Positions 44,183 to 60,142 of a DNA stretch of 64,000 nt are shown here, piece after piece. Origin of the DNA: the human T2T-CHM13v2.0 reference genome, Homo sapiens; the NCBI RefSeq assembly GCF_009914755.1, contig NC_060927.1; one strand, written 5' to 3'. Under the pieces are notes generated by a model. That model was not told where the DNA came from. It saw only the letters and a list, made by a program, of their open reading frames with translations, and did not search any database. Position 1 is the first letter of the stretch. Each line of letters begins with the position of its first letter. A program made the translations under genes and the position numbers.

Positions 44183-44884
44183 CAACGGGTTGTCGGAAAC
44201 TGCAACTTTCAGAAAAATGACACATAACGAAAACCAATTTTACCATATGCTAATTGATATAAACAAGAGTGAAGCTCCTACAGTATATTTCTGGTCACAA
44301 AAACATCATCAAACTTTTGAATAAGGACCAAAACACTTCCAATATTAGGCATTGAAATAATTGTGAACTATAATACATTAAGAAAAATTAGGGAGGCTGA
44401 GGCAGGAGAATGGCATGAACCCGGGACTTGGAGCTTGCAGTGAGCCAAGATCATGCCACTGCACTCCAGCCTGGGCGACAGAGCGAGACTCTGTCAAAAC
44501 AAAAAAAAAGAAAAAAGAAAAAAAGAGAAATTAATAAAAGCAAATAAGATCATCCTTTACTGGCTCATTCCAGTTCGAGTCATGGATGGCTAGAGCCTAT
44601 TACAGCAGCACAGGGTGAAAGATGGGAACCAGCCCTGGACAGGATGTCATTCCTTTGCAGGGCACACTCACACATGCTCCCAGCCTCACTTGGACTGGGA
44701 CGATTTAGGTATGTCAACGAACCTAAGATGGACAGCTTTGGGAAGTGGGAGGAAAGTGGAGTACCCAGAGGAAACCTACACAGACATGGGGAGAAAATGC
44801 AAACTCCACACAGGTAGTGGAGGAATCAATATTTTTATTTTCATCAATGTTATAATGAAACAATGTTATTTGCAGACTTGCTGC
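44183..44884 (-). mobile_element. MER6A (TcMar-Tigger, with V-SINE-like core)
   Basis: tgggaggaaa..ggagtacccagaggaaacctacacagacatggggagaa..tgcaaactccacaca. Confidence 0.85.
44391..44522 (+). mobile_element. 5'-truncated AluY (right arm only)
   Basis: gagaatggcatgaacccggga..ggagcttgcag; TSD aagaaaaatta/aagagaaatta. Confidence 0.9.
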
Positions 44885-45694
44885 ATACAGTGGAATATAG
44901 TAATGAACTACTAATGCATGCATCAACATAGAAGCACCCCAAAAACATAACGCTGAGTGAAAAAAACCAGGCTCAAAAGGCTGCATACTGTATGAACTCA
45001 TTTATATAACATACTCAAAAAGGCAAACTTATACGGACAGAAAAGAGATCAATGGTTGCCAGGGGCTGAAGGTAGGGAAGGAGGTTGACTACAATGGGGC
45101 ACAGAGTAATTTTGGGGATGAAAGAATTATTCTATATCTTGGTTGTGGTAGTGGTGACATGATCATAAACATTGTCAAAACTTTCAGAACTGTACACCTA
45201 AAAGGGTGAATTGTACTGCATGTAAATTATACCTCAGTTTTTTTAAATGGAAAAATTCAATTCAATGAATAATACCTACATTTTATTTAGTCAACAAATA
45301 TTTATTGATCACTTACTATGTGCCAGACACTCTTAAATGGTCATATATTTAAGCAAACTAATCCCAATGTATATAATGCATTGGAAATAATCTAAATTAC
45401 TCTATGGATTCCTTAAACTTGATTTACAGCCAAAAATTCTGCATGAAGAACTTTAGTAGTGATGGGAAATGGCGGCACGTAGTTTTTTTCACCCATAACT
45501 GACAAATTACTGAAGTTTGGTGTGAAGACATATTGCAACCAATGGATTTGACACTCCCCAAGTACTGATTTAGAAAATCATTTTTAGGTGCTAATTGGCT
45601 GTGTGAAACTCACATTTTGGTGCAAGAAAGCTCAGAATTTCTGGTAGAAAGAACTAGGGAAGGCAGACGATGCAGGAGGGAGGTCAGGGCAGCC

Positions 45695-45950
45695 TGGAGT
45701 AGTGAGATGGGGAAAGTAGAGCACTGGCCTGAGGTCAAGAGATCTTCCTAGTCCTGCTCTTGGCTTGGTCGAGGTCACTTTGCCTTTCAGGGATTCAGTT
45801 TACTCAACCATTAAATGAATGAACTGGAAAGGTGGAAACAGCACTGACTGCACAATGCAGAGCTCTTCCGCTAGTAACGTGTGTGACCTTGATTAGTCAG
45901 TTGGCCTCTCTGGGCTTTCGTTTCTTACCATACCAAATGAGAGATTTAAT
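45695..45950 (+). mobile_element. MIR fragments
   Basis: agagcactggcct..ggtcaagag; gtgtgaccttg...cctctctgggct. Confidence 0.55.
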
Positions 45951-48033
45951 GGTTGCATTAAAGATATTGATGCCATTGAACTGTATAGAAATGGCTAAAA
46001 TGGTAAATTTTATGTTATTTACATTTTACCAAAATAAAAAATTTAATGAAAAAGATTTAGACAAAATGGATTTGGGGGTAATGTAGTTTGATTTTTTTCT
46101 CTTACTCTTGAGACAAAGTCCAAATTCCTTAACAAAGCCACCCATAGAGTGGCTGGGAAAATATTTTTGGTGGGGCCTCTGTCTATAGAAACAGTTTGAG
46201 CCACCCCAAACCAGCATGTCAACATCATTCCAGTGGCCCAATCTCATGAGATTATATGCAAAAAATACTGCATCTGCCAGCAGGAGCAATCTGCGTGCCA
46301 GACTACCATTCTAGGAACAAGGCCTCGTCCTGCAGCCCTAAGAAAACCCCATAGTATGAGTCCCAGAGCTCCTTGGGTCATCTGCTCAACCCCACATATG
46401 AGGTAGATTAGAGAGTACTCTGGGGAGAGAAATAGAGGTTCCATGCAAATCCCAGTCTGAGCTCTGGGTGCCCTGCCCAAATGGCACTGCCATAGCCAAA
46501 TGGTCTGAAACATTGGAGGGAAACTTAGGAAATTTTGAGGAAGGCTCTCCGAAGCACAGGTTCCCCTGAGGCATGGGCCCAGCAGGGAGGATGTAGGAAC
46601 TTGCCCATGCTCAAGGGTGGCACTTCTTGAATTAGTTTATAAACCTTGTCTGATTTGTCTCAAATGTGCCCAGGAACTTCCCACCCTTGGACTATGGCAT
46701 TCAGGTATGGTTTCTCTATTCAGAACACGTGTTTCTCTCATTGCCTCAACACTCATTACTCCATTTGCTTAACTAATCCTTGTTCATCTGGGAAGTCTCA
46801 GCTTAGAAAACAATTCCTTCCAGAAGACTTCTCTGCCCCTGAGTTCTTGTTTATGAGCCTGATAGGCTACATTTAAAGACGAATCTAGAATCTTGGAATC
46901 TGTTTTCTCTTTCCCAGATCAATTCAACAGAATATTCAAAATAAAAGATAAAATCCCTCTGGAGTAGAATAAAAATTCTAAATCGGTTTCCTCCTTTCTA
47001 GAGGCTGGAGAGGAATGTATAATTCTACATTCTGAGTTCTCGAAGGAGAGGTGTGCATACAGAAGAGGAAATGTTGATATTAGCCACTGACCAAGCTATC
47101 TTAAGCCTGCTCCTTGTGGTCTTATGCAACTTTTATTTGTTCATTAATTTATTCATTCATCCATCCTTTCAATCATTCAACAAACATTTATGACTCTCTA
47201 TTGTATTCTAGGCAATAAATTAGATCTGGAAGTAAAAAAGTCAAATAAGATGTGATTCCTTCAAAATGCTCATGGTCTACTGGGCATAACTCACTCTGAG
47301 ATGTAGTTAATGGTGGTATGCCAGAGACTATTGGAGAAACCTGCACATGTGGCTGGAAGCTTTCCTGAAAATTTGCCATGGTACAATGAGTGCATCATTT
47401 ATAAGCACATGAATTCAGAAAACTGTTGTTAGGAGAGCATGATGCTTCAAGGGTTAGACCATTCCTTTGCACTGGGAACAGAAGGGAGCACAAAAAAGAA
47501 TTCCACTTTCTTACATTAGCTCATGAGACTGTTTCTATGCTTGCTATTTTGTAGTATCTCCTATAAGAGAACAGAATCCCAAATGAAAAGCAAAGAATTC
47601 TAATTGGAGGTTCTCACCGTCAAGCTCCATGAATGAACGAGACACTTAAGAAAAATAGTGACAAGGCCAGGACTACAGGTCTTGAGTGTAGACAAACCTC
47701 TCAATCTGCCCCTCCAAAAACTGTGGGTGAGAGAGGGAGTATGGTGGTCTCCCTCCTTTGAAACAGCTCAATAGTTAAAGAAGAGAAACTTCACTCACAT
47801 AGGTGCTAAGCAAACAGTGTGAGTGATTTCTAAGATTAAGAGGTATTGCTTAATAATACTTCTGACTAATGCCTAACTCTACAATTGACTTTGGACTGTC
47901 AAAGAAAAGAGTTTATTCTCATATTTGCTCCAAATTTCCCTAAAAGAAGAATTCTAAAGCATTTGTTCTATGACTGATATTTCTACTTCTGTCCCCATAT
48001 AAAATAACCAAGATAAGTTAACAAGCTGCCCTA

Positions 48034-48393
<360 letters not shown>

Positions 48394-48720
48394 CTATGAC
48401 CTTCCTCTCCTGAAAAATGTCCATACACACAGTTTTCTACACAATCTTGGTGGATTCAGAGACCCATTAAGGTACATGAAACCTATCCATGTACCCTAGG
48501 AGAATCTGTGCTCCAGTAAATATTAAAAATGTAATTTGTTGTAAGAAATTATTTAGCTTTAGCTGAATCAATTAATTAGTTTCCAGAAATATTGGACAGC
48601 CGTTCTCAGACTAGAGGTTGGTGGAAAAGTTCCAAGGCAGTGGTTGATGTTAATAGCTATAGAAATGGGCACAATGGCAGTATATAACCCTGTGACAGTG
48701 TGAACATTATTCCTTCTGGT

Positions 48721-49232
<512 letters not shown>

Positions 49233-49769
49233 CTCCCAGCCAATTCTACTTTAGCAGGATTCCCCACCTTTGACTTGTTATACTTCTGTTCTCTTTGTGA
49301 TCCTTTTGACAAAGGTCTTTCTTCTCCTTTATCTCTAGATGTATCTTAGTTTGATCCAGCACAGATGAAGATCTAATAATAATTATTTATCATCACTGAT
49401 TTTCAACATCACAGAAATAGTGAAATCCTGTGTGTCTGTATATGTACATGGATGTGAGAGAGAAAGGGCAAAGGAGAGAAGTCACTCAGAAGTTTAAAAA
49501 TTATTATTTTGAGATAAACATGACTATTAGAAAATGAAGTCTGAACACCAGTGACTGCAGAGGAGGTAGTAGTACAACTAATACAAAATTTAAGTTAAAG
49601 TGACTCCTGAAAACAAAATAGAAAAAAAATCCTTGAGGTTTATAGAGCCACTAACTCCTTGCCAAAGAGAGTTAACTCTTTTTGAAAATCAGATGGTTTG
49701 GGAGAACTGCTAGTTGCTAATGCCATACACATTTCTTCTTTTTCTTTAAAAATTCTAAATGCTGATTTT

Positions 49770-50628
49770 GGTCAAGGCAGCAATGTTTCTGGCTGAAATA
49801 CACATTTCCCATCATCTCTTGCAGCTAGAGCAGCCATCTGACAATCTCTGGCCAATGAGACATAAGTAGAAGATTGCTGAACATTTCTGGGTAACAGTTG
49901 CTTTCCTGATACAGGCGCTCCTTCTTGTTCCTGTCTAGAGTGCAGAAATAAGGCTGGGGGTGGAAGTGATCTTGAGATCATGAATCATCCATTAGCATGA
50001 AAGCCACATGCTAATAATGCAGATCAGGAAGGCAGAAGGAGTCTGAGACATGGACAGCTGTGCTGGGCACTGTGCTATGCTGCCTGATCCTTCTTCAGGA
50101 ACCCACCACTAATCTCCACCACTGGGTCTGTTGATAGCTGGTGTCCCTCTGCTATGAGCCCTCTCTGAGAATTGCCCTCAGCTGAAGACAGACACCCTAC
50201 TCCAGGTCATGCCCCTTCCTGGCAGGCAGCCCACATCCAGTGACTAGTTGATGAAGAGTATAGATGCCTGCCACCTTGGTCCAACACTGAAAGATTCTGA
50301 AGGACAAGCTTCACAGCTCCCTGCAGGTTTCACTGAGGTCTTGTGACCATACCACAGCCCAAATTCTTCCTCTTATACAATCCTGCTGCCTGCCCTTACC
50401 CTACAGGTTGTTGATCCCAGGTGATCTCCCCAGTAAACTTCATACATGCAGTTTCCATGACAAAGTCTGCTTTCTAGGGAAACTTGACTTGCAACGACAA
50501 CCTTGCACAGCCACTATACCAGCCTACCTCCTGATTTCTTGCTACATGAGAAGATTAAAATAAATTTTAGATAAGCTACAGAGCTGGATTTCTCATATAT
50601 CTAGTCCAAAGCAATGTCTGTATAATAC
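49770..50628 (+). mobile_element. MLT1J-like LTR with nested LTR16C-like LTR (~50059-50498)
   Basis: catttcccatcatctcttgcagctag...tggccaatgaga; inner gccctcagctgaag...gcagcccacatcca...gtctgctttctaggga. Confidence 0.65.
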
Positions 50629-52422
50629 AGAGGGGTATTTTATATCATGAACTGTGAGTTTAAAAGTCTGAATTAAGGATTGATTCACAAGACTTAACAT
50701 GGGTTGCTGAGGGCAAATGTGATATAAGTGAAACTTTTAGGTTGACAAGGAAAATACTAATTCCCATCTGATTCCTGCTTTGGAATATGAAGATACAGAA
50801 AAACCATTCCCTAAAGCTGCAAGAAAGGGCAGGTCCTTGACATTTCTCACTGAAAGGGTAATGATGAAGTACAGTAAGACTTGGCTAGATTGAAACACAG
50901 ATATTGGCTCTACCAAGGCTGGAAGCCCTCTTCAATGAATAGATGAAGGCGCATGAGAGTTGGTTGGCGTGACCCAGAGTAAGCAACTCCAGCACTGAGG
51001 ATTTAATGTTCAAATGTTAATTTGTGTTGCTATTGTCAGACTCCTCAGACATCATTAGTTCTAGAACATCTTAATGACTAGAGATGTTGAATCAAGAGTA
51101 CTTCATCATTGGTACCCTCCCAAAAAGTCAACCCCACAAAATGAAAAAGCAAATAAAAAAAAAACTTGAAATGAATCAAATGCAAATACGGAAACAAATA
51201 GTTTCCTTTTCTTCCCGGTGAATGGAAAAGGTGGTTAAGTACATCCTTGATTATCATAAAATTTGAAGAAAATGAATTCTAGGTGAAATTAATAGTGAAT
51301 TCAGATCTCTTGAGACTACAGAACACCTGAAACTAGTACTCTGCCTAGTGTCTCAGATGCATCACACCTACGTTGTTTAAGGTGAAGTCCAGCAAATGTG
51401 AAATCAGGTAAATAATAAGGAAGTCCTGAAGGCTTAATCAATCTCCACCCATGACCATTGCATCATTACTGGTAGATTATTGCCTTCTTTTTCTGGGTTT
51501 TAAAATGAATACAATTGACTCTTCAAATAAGACAGTCATTGACATGAAAATGAGAAATGTGTACTTGTTCCGTATAGCTTTTGACTTCAATGATATTTCC
51601 CAAAGTAATTTAAATCTAATGACTTCTCAAACATTTGCTTGTCTTGAGACTAGGGCAATGACAGGAAAAGTACATCTGTCATATCATGAAAGTCCTAGAA
51701 AAAGTAGTAATTCAAGTTTTAATTTGTGTACCTGGAATTTTTAGCTATATTTTCTTTCACGTGTTTGCTTAATATAGACCTGCACTATATTGAAAATGGC
51801 CACATTTGGCACAGTGACTACAGTCCTTCAATTCATTATGGTTATATAATTAACAGTATAAGTCACATTATACTCAGGCCAATATATTGATCCAGAGACC
51901 TCCAAGGATCTTTCAAGGGCAGAGAGAAAGGAGATTGCTGAAAAGTTAGATATTTGTGGAATCTCTTAGGTCTAGTGTTCCAAAGCATGGGGCATCTTCC
52001 CTCCTTAGGATGCGTGACTTCCTTTTTTGCTTAGTAATAGAATCCAGATTTTATTAATACCAACAAGGTACTCTCTCCACAAAAAAACAAAAACAAAAAC
52101 AAAAAAACTATACTTCTTGGTTTCCCTTGTACTCAGCAATGATCACGTGATGCAGTTCTAAGGAGGAGTTTGGGAGATTTTAGGATGGGGAATTGACCCT
52201 TTTAGCCAAGGGCTGTATCTGATTTGCAGATGTGTTTCGGTTGGCCCAAAGACTTAAAAAACAAACAAACAAACAAAAAAACTGGATAAATTCCCATAAA
52301 AAGTCCAGGTTTCTAGATTTCTGAAAAAATCATGAGATATGAGAGATTTTGCATTCTTACGTTGTAGCAACAAGCTGAAACTCACTAACAACACAGTTCC
52401 TGCTTCTTTGTATTGTCCTATT

Positions 52423-52745
<323 letters not shown>

Positions 52746-53063
52746 TAGCCTGCTTCACTTTTTTGCTTCGCCTGCTTCACTCCATAAGCATTTGTATTGC
52801 AAACCCTACCTTAAACCATAATCTGTGTCTCTCTCACTCTTTTTTCGTTTACTGTATCATATGTCATGTTTTATCTGTCAGTGATTCAGCCCTGGATGAC
52901 AGAAGGGTTCTCAAACTCACACAGTTATCAGGGCTGCATAAATTACCATTCCCAGAAGGCTCTCAAAGCTAGAGCACGTGTGAGTAAATGGATAGATTAT
53001 TGTTCATTAACTTTAATTTTTTTTTGTTACTGGTGCTAAATTTGGATCACAGGTCATATTTCA

Positions 53064-53427
<364 letters not shown>

Positions 53428-54213
53428 GGTCAGAACTGTGTTATGAGGCAAAACTCAAGGAGTGTTTACTACATTATTTTGTCAAAGGCAGCACTAGGGG
53501 GGCATGTAATGAGGAGATAGGTTGTCCTCACTTTTATGTTATAGGCTAATTCACTTTTTCATTCTAAGCAGTTTATCATTTTATCATTATCTACTTGACA
53601 AAATATATTTTCATTATCTTTATTTTCCTCATTCACATTGTTCTTGAAGATTATGAGTGCCACAAAGTATTCCCACTGAATAAAATAGTACTTGCTTCAT
53701 AAACTTCCCTAAGTTGAGTTTTAAAGGATCCCACTACCCTAGCTGTGCATTCTAGGGTTTCAGAATTGGGCCATTAGTCTACCTGTAATGTTCATGATCT
53801 TAGAAAATTATATTGTCCCACTTCTTAACTTTTACCATCCTGAAATGAGAAAACCTACCACCTCCTTTTATTATAGGGTAGCCTCTGTCCAATGGAACTC
53901 TTACTTTCCATCAGCCTAGATGCCCTTCCCGGCACTTTTTCCAGGGCTGCTGTAGCTTTTTTGAATTTCAATAACCAGAGATACACACAGTTTTATTGCA
54001 GAAATCTTTATTTCTTTTGAATGATATTCAACATCTGGCTGACCATTTGAGCTGTGGTGCCATAGTGGAGTAGCATCCTGGAATGACTCCAGTCCCTCCT
54101 TTGGTCATAACCAATCATACAAAACAATTCCTTTTGTGCATAGATTTTTGATTATTTATTAATTTTTAATATTATTAGTTTGTCATTTAAACACTGTATC
54201 ACTGACACAGTAT

Positions 54214-54393
54214 AGTGATTCTAAAGTGCACTTCTCATGTAAAAGCATTAGCAGTATCTAGAAACTTGTTAAAAATGTACATTCTCAGCCCTCACCCCAG
54301 ATCTACTTAATCAGAAACCCTATGGGTAGGGTCCAAGAATTTGGTTTTTGATGTAGGTGATTCTGGTACACACTCAAGTTTGAAACCCACTGA
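54214..54393. mobile_element. MER5A/B fossil
   Basis: gaaacttgttaaaaatg.acattctc.gccc.caccccaga.ctact.aatcagaaac...aagtttgaaacccactg. Confidence 0.7.
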
Positions 54394-54864
54394 CATAGTG
54401 TTTTGTAAATGAATAAGATGTAGTGACAGAAAAATTCATAGAAAGGAAAGTTTTTACTTAGAATTACAAAAAAAATGGAATGTAAAGGAATGGAACATCA
54501 AGAATATCTTATATTGCCTTTTGTTTGTTTGGATATATGGCTATTGATCCAATCACTGGCAATTTGTGCAAGGGGTCAGTTGCTCACATTTGAAATTATG
54601 CTATCTAGGTTTGATGCTCTAAGTAAAATTAGCAAGGGGAAAGAAATAAATGTGAGAATGGAGAAGTAATTTAATATGAGAAGAAATGTAAATATTTATA
54701 CATGCATGTATTCGCAGAAAGAGGAAAGAGCCCCCAAAGGAAAAGAAATGTAACAGAATATTAATGATAGGCCCCATTAATAGGTAAGGATAATTCTCCA
54801 GTTCAAAGGGAAATCAGCAGAGATGCCAGCAGAAGTAGTGGGTGGCTTCTGAGAAACAGTGCTC

Positions 54865-55090
54865 TTATTCATTTAACAAGTGACTACTGAGCACCTACTC
54901 TGCACCAGACATTATTCTAAGGGCCAGGATACAATGATGGACAAGACAGAACTTAGTCTAGTGGAGGTCATAAACTGTTGAACAGCCAATGGCAATACAG
55001 TGTGATGGAAGCCACATTAGGGGAGGAGCAAGGTAGCCGTCGAAGCTCAGAGGAGAGATGCTGGATGCTGAACCGAGACTTGGGAGATGG
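54865..55090 (-). mobile_element. L2 3' fragment
   Basis: ttattcatttaacaag...tgagcacctactctgcaccagaca. Confidence 0.6.
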
Positions 55091-55222
55091 GAATCTTGGT
55101 AATGGTCATTACCATGATTAGAGTAGAGAAATACTGTAGAAGAAAACTGGAAGAAATTAGTAAAGTACTTCTCTGGGGCTCATTTCTAATTATATCTCTG
55201 AGGTGGGAAGCATTAGTCTCAG

Positions 55223-55706
55223 TTTGGGTTTTTAATAGAAAATGTGTGTGTGATGAGGCCATACAACAGAGGGGAGTGATCTTGGGCTGTGGAAATCTGA
55301 ATTCCTGGCAGAAGCACAGGACTGGGTCTAGATCCCACTTTGAAACTAAATTTCTAATCTTAGGATTAGCACAAGCAATCATAACACTGGGGAGAGAGAT
55401 CTAGCTAAAAGAAAATATATTTTTTTTAATCTTTGAAACCAGAAAACCTGAATACTCTTTCTAATTTGGGGTTTTAATCGAACATGTGTGTGTGATGAGG
55501 CCATAATACAGAGGGGAGTGATCTTGGGCTATGGAAATCCAAATTCCTGGCAGAAGCACAGAACTGGGTCTAGATCCCGCTTTGAAACTAAATTTCTAAT
55601 CTTAGGAAGCACGGGCAATCATAACACTGAGGAGAGGGATCTAGCTAAAAGAAAATACGTATTTTTTAAATCTTTGAAAACAGAAAACCTGAATGTTCTT
55701 TCTAAT
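55223..55706. repeat. tandem duplication, 2 x ~242 bp, ~91% identical
   Basis: Copies 55223-55464 and 55465-55706 aligned by eye, ~22 differences. Confidence 0.95.
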
Positions 55707-57608
55707 GCAATGGCTTTTGGTACTTTGAGATTCTCTTAGGATGAATTCTTAAGCATCAATAGCTATAAGAACATATTAGGGCCATGTTTTGGGACCCCTT
55801 GTTAGCAGAAACTTTCATCAGTGGGCCGTTATTGATATAGCTGGAGATGGCAGATGGAATTCCAACAGACAGAAAAGCACAAAAAAGAAAAAATAAAGGG
55901 GGAGGGGAAGACAGCTTGGATTTTATTTTAATTTTTTGGTTTTGGTATTTTTATTTATTTACTAAAAAATATTTTAAAGCAGGTAACAGTTATTGAATGT
56001 TATTATGTGTCAGGCTTTCGGTTTGTTTTAAACCTGTAACTTTAAGTGTAATTGGTCAGTAAATTCACAAGTGACAGTTAATGTCAAGAGAGATAAGAAG
56101 AAACAGAAAGAACGTGGCCACATACAATTTTTATCAGGTCCAGTCAAATATCCATTTCATTAAGTCAATTTAATTTCAAGTTTGGTAAAGTCATAGAGCC
56201 TGTAATGGAAGCTAAAAATCATTGGATATTTAAACAAAAATAATCTTTGAAATTTTTTTTCAGGCCCCTCGGAACCCCTTCATATGAATGGGGAACAGCT
56301 ACACATTTGTGATACAAATCATTCATTTGAGCCAGCAGGTTCCCCATCTCTCACTTCTGATGGCTTGTCCATATGGATTTTGTTCAGCCTTGCAAAGTAT
56401 CCTCAATCACTAAAGTAATTCTAACTAGTGCATCTTTGGGGATATCATAGAAAAGAAAGTCTCTATATCATCTTTTCAATATCTTAATTTGGGGCAAATA
56501 ATTCAGCCTGTGAAACATGCCCTTTTCCATTCTTGAGCAAATCCTTTATCTCACCAAGATCAAAGTATTCCACTTATTCTTTGAGTGACTTCCTTCCTCT
56601 GGCATGTTAAAATTAATCTGTTTTATTGGTTTTGGAGACATTTGCAAGGTGCTTTAAAAGTTTTTTTGTAGTTATTATTCTCCTTCTTTATAATTGATTG
56701 GGTTTCTTTCTTCTCTTCACATGAACTACCGTTTTGCAGGGAAATGCCCTCTTTTCTCTGATAATTTATATGGCTCTAATAGTTCTCTTTTTAGTTCCTA
56801 CCTCTAATGGTTGTTATTTTTATTCCTTGGTATATGCTTTTCGTGGAAAGCAAACAACAATAACAACAAGGTATTTAGGCTTTTCTTGTGGGTTATTGAC
56901 TTTTTAAAGTTTTTTATTTCAAATGTCTCCTAAATAGAGACTATATTTATCATATTTCCCTTTAAAAAATCTAAAGTGTGTGCAATTTGTTTCATGGTTT
57001 TCCCCTGTCCCATGAGGATGTAGAATTTAATTACTGTATTAGTTGTTACTTAGTGGTTCACCCAACACAATCTCTTGGGTCCATTTCTGATCCTGTTTAG
57101 GATGAAAGTTCCCTCCATTCCTTTCCTTGTGGGATTTAGAAAGCAGTTCTCAGTTTATTGACATCTATTCCCATTGTCTCTCGCACCTCTCCTTCTGACT
57201 GAACAGTTGGCTGCTCTGTGTTTGGATAATTAAAGCCTTTCATTATTATTATCTGGACAAATTTTTTTTTTTTTGCTTTCCCAATTCCATTTAGAATTTT
57301 CTGTCATCATTCCTCTTGGGTAATCTATAATATACATTTTTTCTGCATGGAGAAGTTGTAACTTGAATTGTTTTAACATAAAAACGTTATTAAAAGTTAT
57401 AACACAAATGGATCCTGTGAAGTTCATTCAACAGATACTTTTTGAGTGCTGGCTGTGTACCAGTTCTAGACCCTGGGAATAAGCAGGGATAAGAATAGAA
57501 GTTCATATGCTTATATTGTAAAGAGAGCAGGGTAGGGAGACAACAAAGAAATAATTCATCAGATGTTGATGAGAGGTAAGAAGAAAAAAGTAGGATAATA
57601 ATTTAGAG

Positions 57609-57806
57609 CAGCCCTTTTCCACCAGTTCTACCAGAGAATTAAACTCTAATGCCCTAAGGCACACTTTGTATAGAATGAATTAACTTCTCTCCTATGCAAA
57701 TAGAATGATACCAACTGTGTACTTTGGGAGACTAAAGAAAGCACTCTTTGAAACCATTTTCTACAGGGCTTAATTTTCTCAAGGAACCCTAAGTTGAGAA
57801 AGGCTT
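57609..57806 (-). mobile_element. MER112 hAT-Charlie element inserted in an L2 fragment
   Basis: cagcccttttcc...gttgagaaaggcttg TIRs; gccctaaggc...gaattaacttctctcctatgca; TSD atttagag/agttagag. Confidence 0.7.
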
Positions 57807-58314
57807 GAGTTAGAGAGTAACAGTTGTGGGAGGGAATGCTACTTTGGATCATTTGACCAGGGAAAGCCTCTCTGACAAGGAATCCTCAGAGCAGAGACCT
57901 AAATTTAGCAAGTGAGGGAGGGTCCTGAAGAAGCAACAGCTGCAAGGTGGTGGTGGTGAAGGACAAAGTATTACAGCCAGATACAAGAGTGAGTTTGGTA
58001 TATCTGAGAAGTAGTTAAGAAGGCCAAGGTGGCCAGAGCTGTGTTATCATGGGGCAGAGAAGTGGGGATAAGATCAGAGAAGTGAATAGTGAGGGGTAGA
58101 AATTGTGTGGAAAACATACCAGAGACATTTCAACTCAAGCTAATTAAACAGATTGACTGGGCTCCAGCTATGGGTCATAGCTTGGGGAGTTTCAAAGTTG
58201 AATGAATCATGGTCTCTGTCCTCATGCATCTTACAATATAGAGTATACAACATAACTTAGACTAAGAAAATACAATGTGATAAATGCTACATCTTAATAA
58301 TAAGCAAAGGGGTG

Positions 58315-58700
58315 ACCATAAGCTGAGTTTTCCCAGGAGTAGACCCTGAGCCAAGTATTCAAGAATAGGTGATTTATAAAGAAATAACATCCAGGAGGAC
58401 TCATAAGAGTCAAGTAGGGATGGGATATCAAGCAAGAGACAGCCTGGCCATGCAGGGAGCTCTGTAGTATAAATGACACCTTAGAGATTGTCACACTTTG
58501 AAGGAAAGAAGCTGGGTTTTTGCATGTACACCTGTTAATCATTGCTAATGGTGGTATACTCTCTTAGGCATGTTTGGTTCTTCATACAGGTGAAGTGGTG
58601 CCAGGTAGTTCTCTGAAGAACTCAGCCAAGGGAGCAGAGGCTCAGAAATGGGTGCACAGAGTCGTTAAAAGGGACCCAGGGAGATCTTGGTGGGGCATCA
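58315..58700 (-). mobile_element. LTR16/LTR33-like ERVL fragment
   Basis: tcccaggagtagaccctgag.caagtattcaag...tttat. Confidence 0.5.
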
Positions 58701-59510
58701 GTGGGCCACCAGAGAGCTCACAGAGCTTCTCAGCCTGAAGGGTGGTGCTTAAAGGATAGGCAGAGGATATTAAACTTTTCCTAGGTGAAAACCATGCCTA
58801 TCTGCTTGATCCTGTAGCCTCAGCACCTAGTCTGGCTCATACTCACCATAGAGAATACTAGAAGCGTTTCTGAACGGGAATGAATGCATGCATGAAAGAC
58901 ATCCCAGGCCCAGCAATTAGTCATGATAATTACATCTTTGTAGAAATGCTAAGATCCTCTGCATAAGAATTGCAAGCTGATGAGAATAGAGTTCAGAAAT
59001 TCAGGAGGCATAGCCATGAAATGGTATGTAACCGTGAATCTGAGCAAGTGAGAAGTAATGCATTTAAGGAACAAAAAGTCCAAACTACTTAGAGTATGAT
59101 GTGTTTTATTTAAAAATTATACATAAGAAAATCAGTAAAAATAATCTCTAAGTTTCCAAGAAAATACTTAGGTATGTGAGCCGCTAGTTTTTTATGACTT
59201 GTTTTGGACTGAGAGAAACCTTTTATCATAAGAACTTGCTTAAATGTGAATAAGAATTGTCACACATGAGGGGCATTACGATGAGCTCTAAGTCAGAGTC
59301 ATGTCAGGAACCATGATGGCAAGGAGGTTCTCCCTGGGTGCCCATTCTGATTGGTTGAAGAGGGATGCCAATAACAATGTGTTGATGAGTATGAAGCTAC
59401 ATTCAGGTTTAGGAGAATAATATTAATAATACCTATCATTTATTTAGCATTGCCTACATGCAAATACTTCTTTAGCACTTTGTATTATTTAATTAGCTCA
59501 TTAACAACTA

Positions 59511-59811
<301 letters not shown>

Positions 59812-59832
59812 AACAACTAAAAGACACAAGTA

Positions 59833-60142
59833 TAATAGTCCCCCTTTAACTGCGTTTTTGCTTTCCTTGGTTTCAGTTACCCTAGGTATAGCACAATGAG
59901 ACATTTGGAGAAAAAGACCACATTCACATAACTTCTTATTTCTGTGTATTGTTACAATTGTTCTATCTTATTATTGTTGTTAATCTTTTGCTGTACCTAA
60001 TATACAAATTAAACTTTATCACAGGTGTGTATGTGTAGGAAAAAAAAGTCATATACATATATAGGATTTGGTACTATCTGGGGTTTCAGGCATCCACTGG
60101 GGTTTGTAGAACCTACTCCCTGAAGATGAGGAGGGACCACTC
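59833..60142 (+). mobile_element. MER44A (TcMar-Tigger)
   Basis: tagtccccct...gtttcagttacc...gaccacattcacataact...ggcatccactgggg...gggaccact. Confidence 0.85.

Larger units (their letters stand above)
44120..45250 (+). mobile_element. old L1M 3' fragment split by MER6A
   Basis: ctggaaacagcccaaat... resumes at catacagtggaata...acagaaaagagatcaatggttgccagggg...aattatacctca. Confidence 0.7.

Noticed and set aside
53488-53506. CTCF-like gcagcactaggggggcatg
   Set aside because: An extra G shifts the GGC core out of register, giving a poor match
55250-55451. GTGATGA...CTGA resembling C/D box snoRNA motifs in each tandem copy
   Set aside because: ~200-nt spacing, weak terminal stem not maintained in copy 2, no recognisable rRNA guide; such short motifs occur by chance
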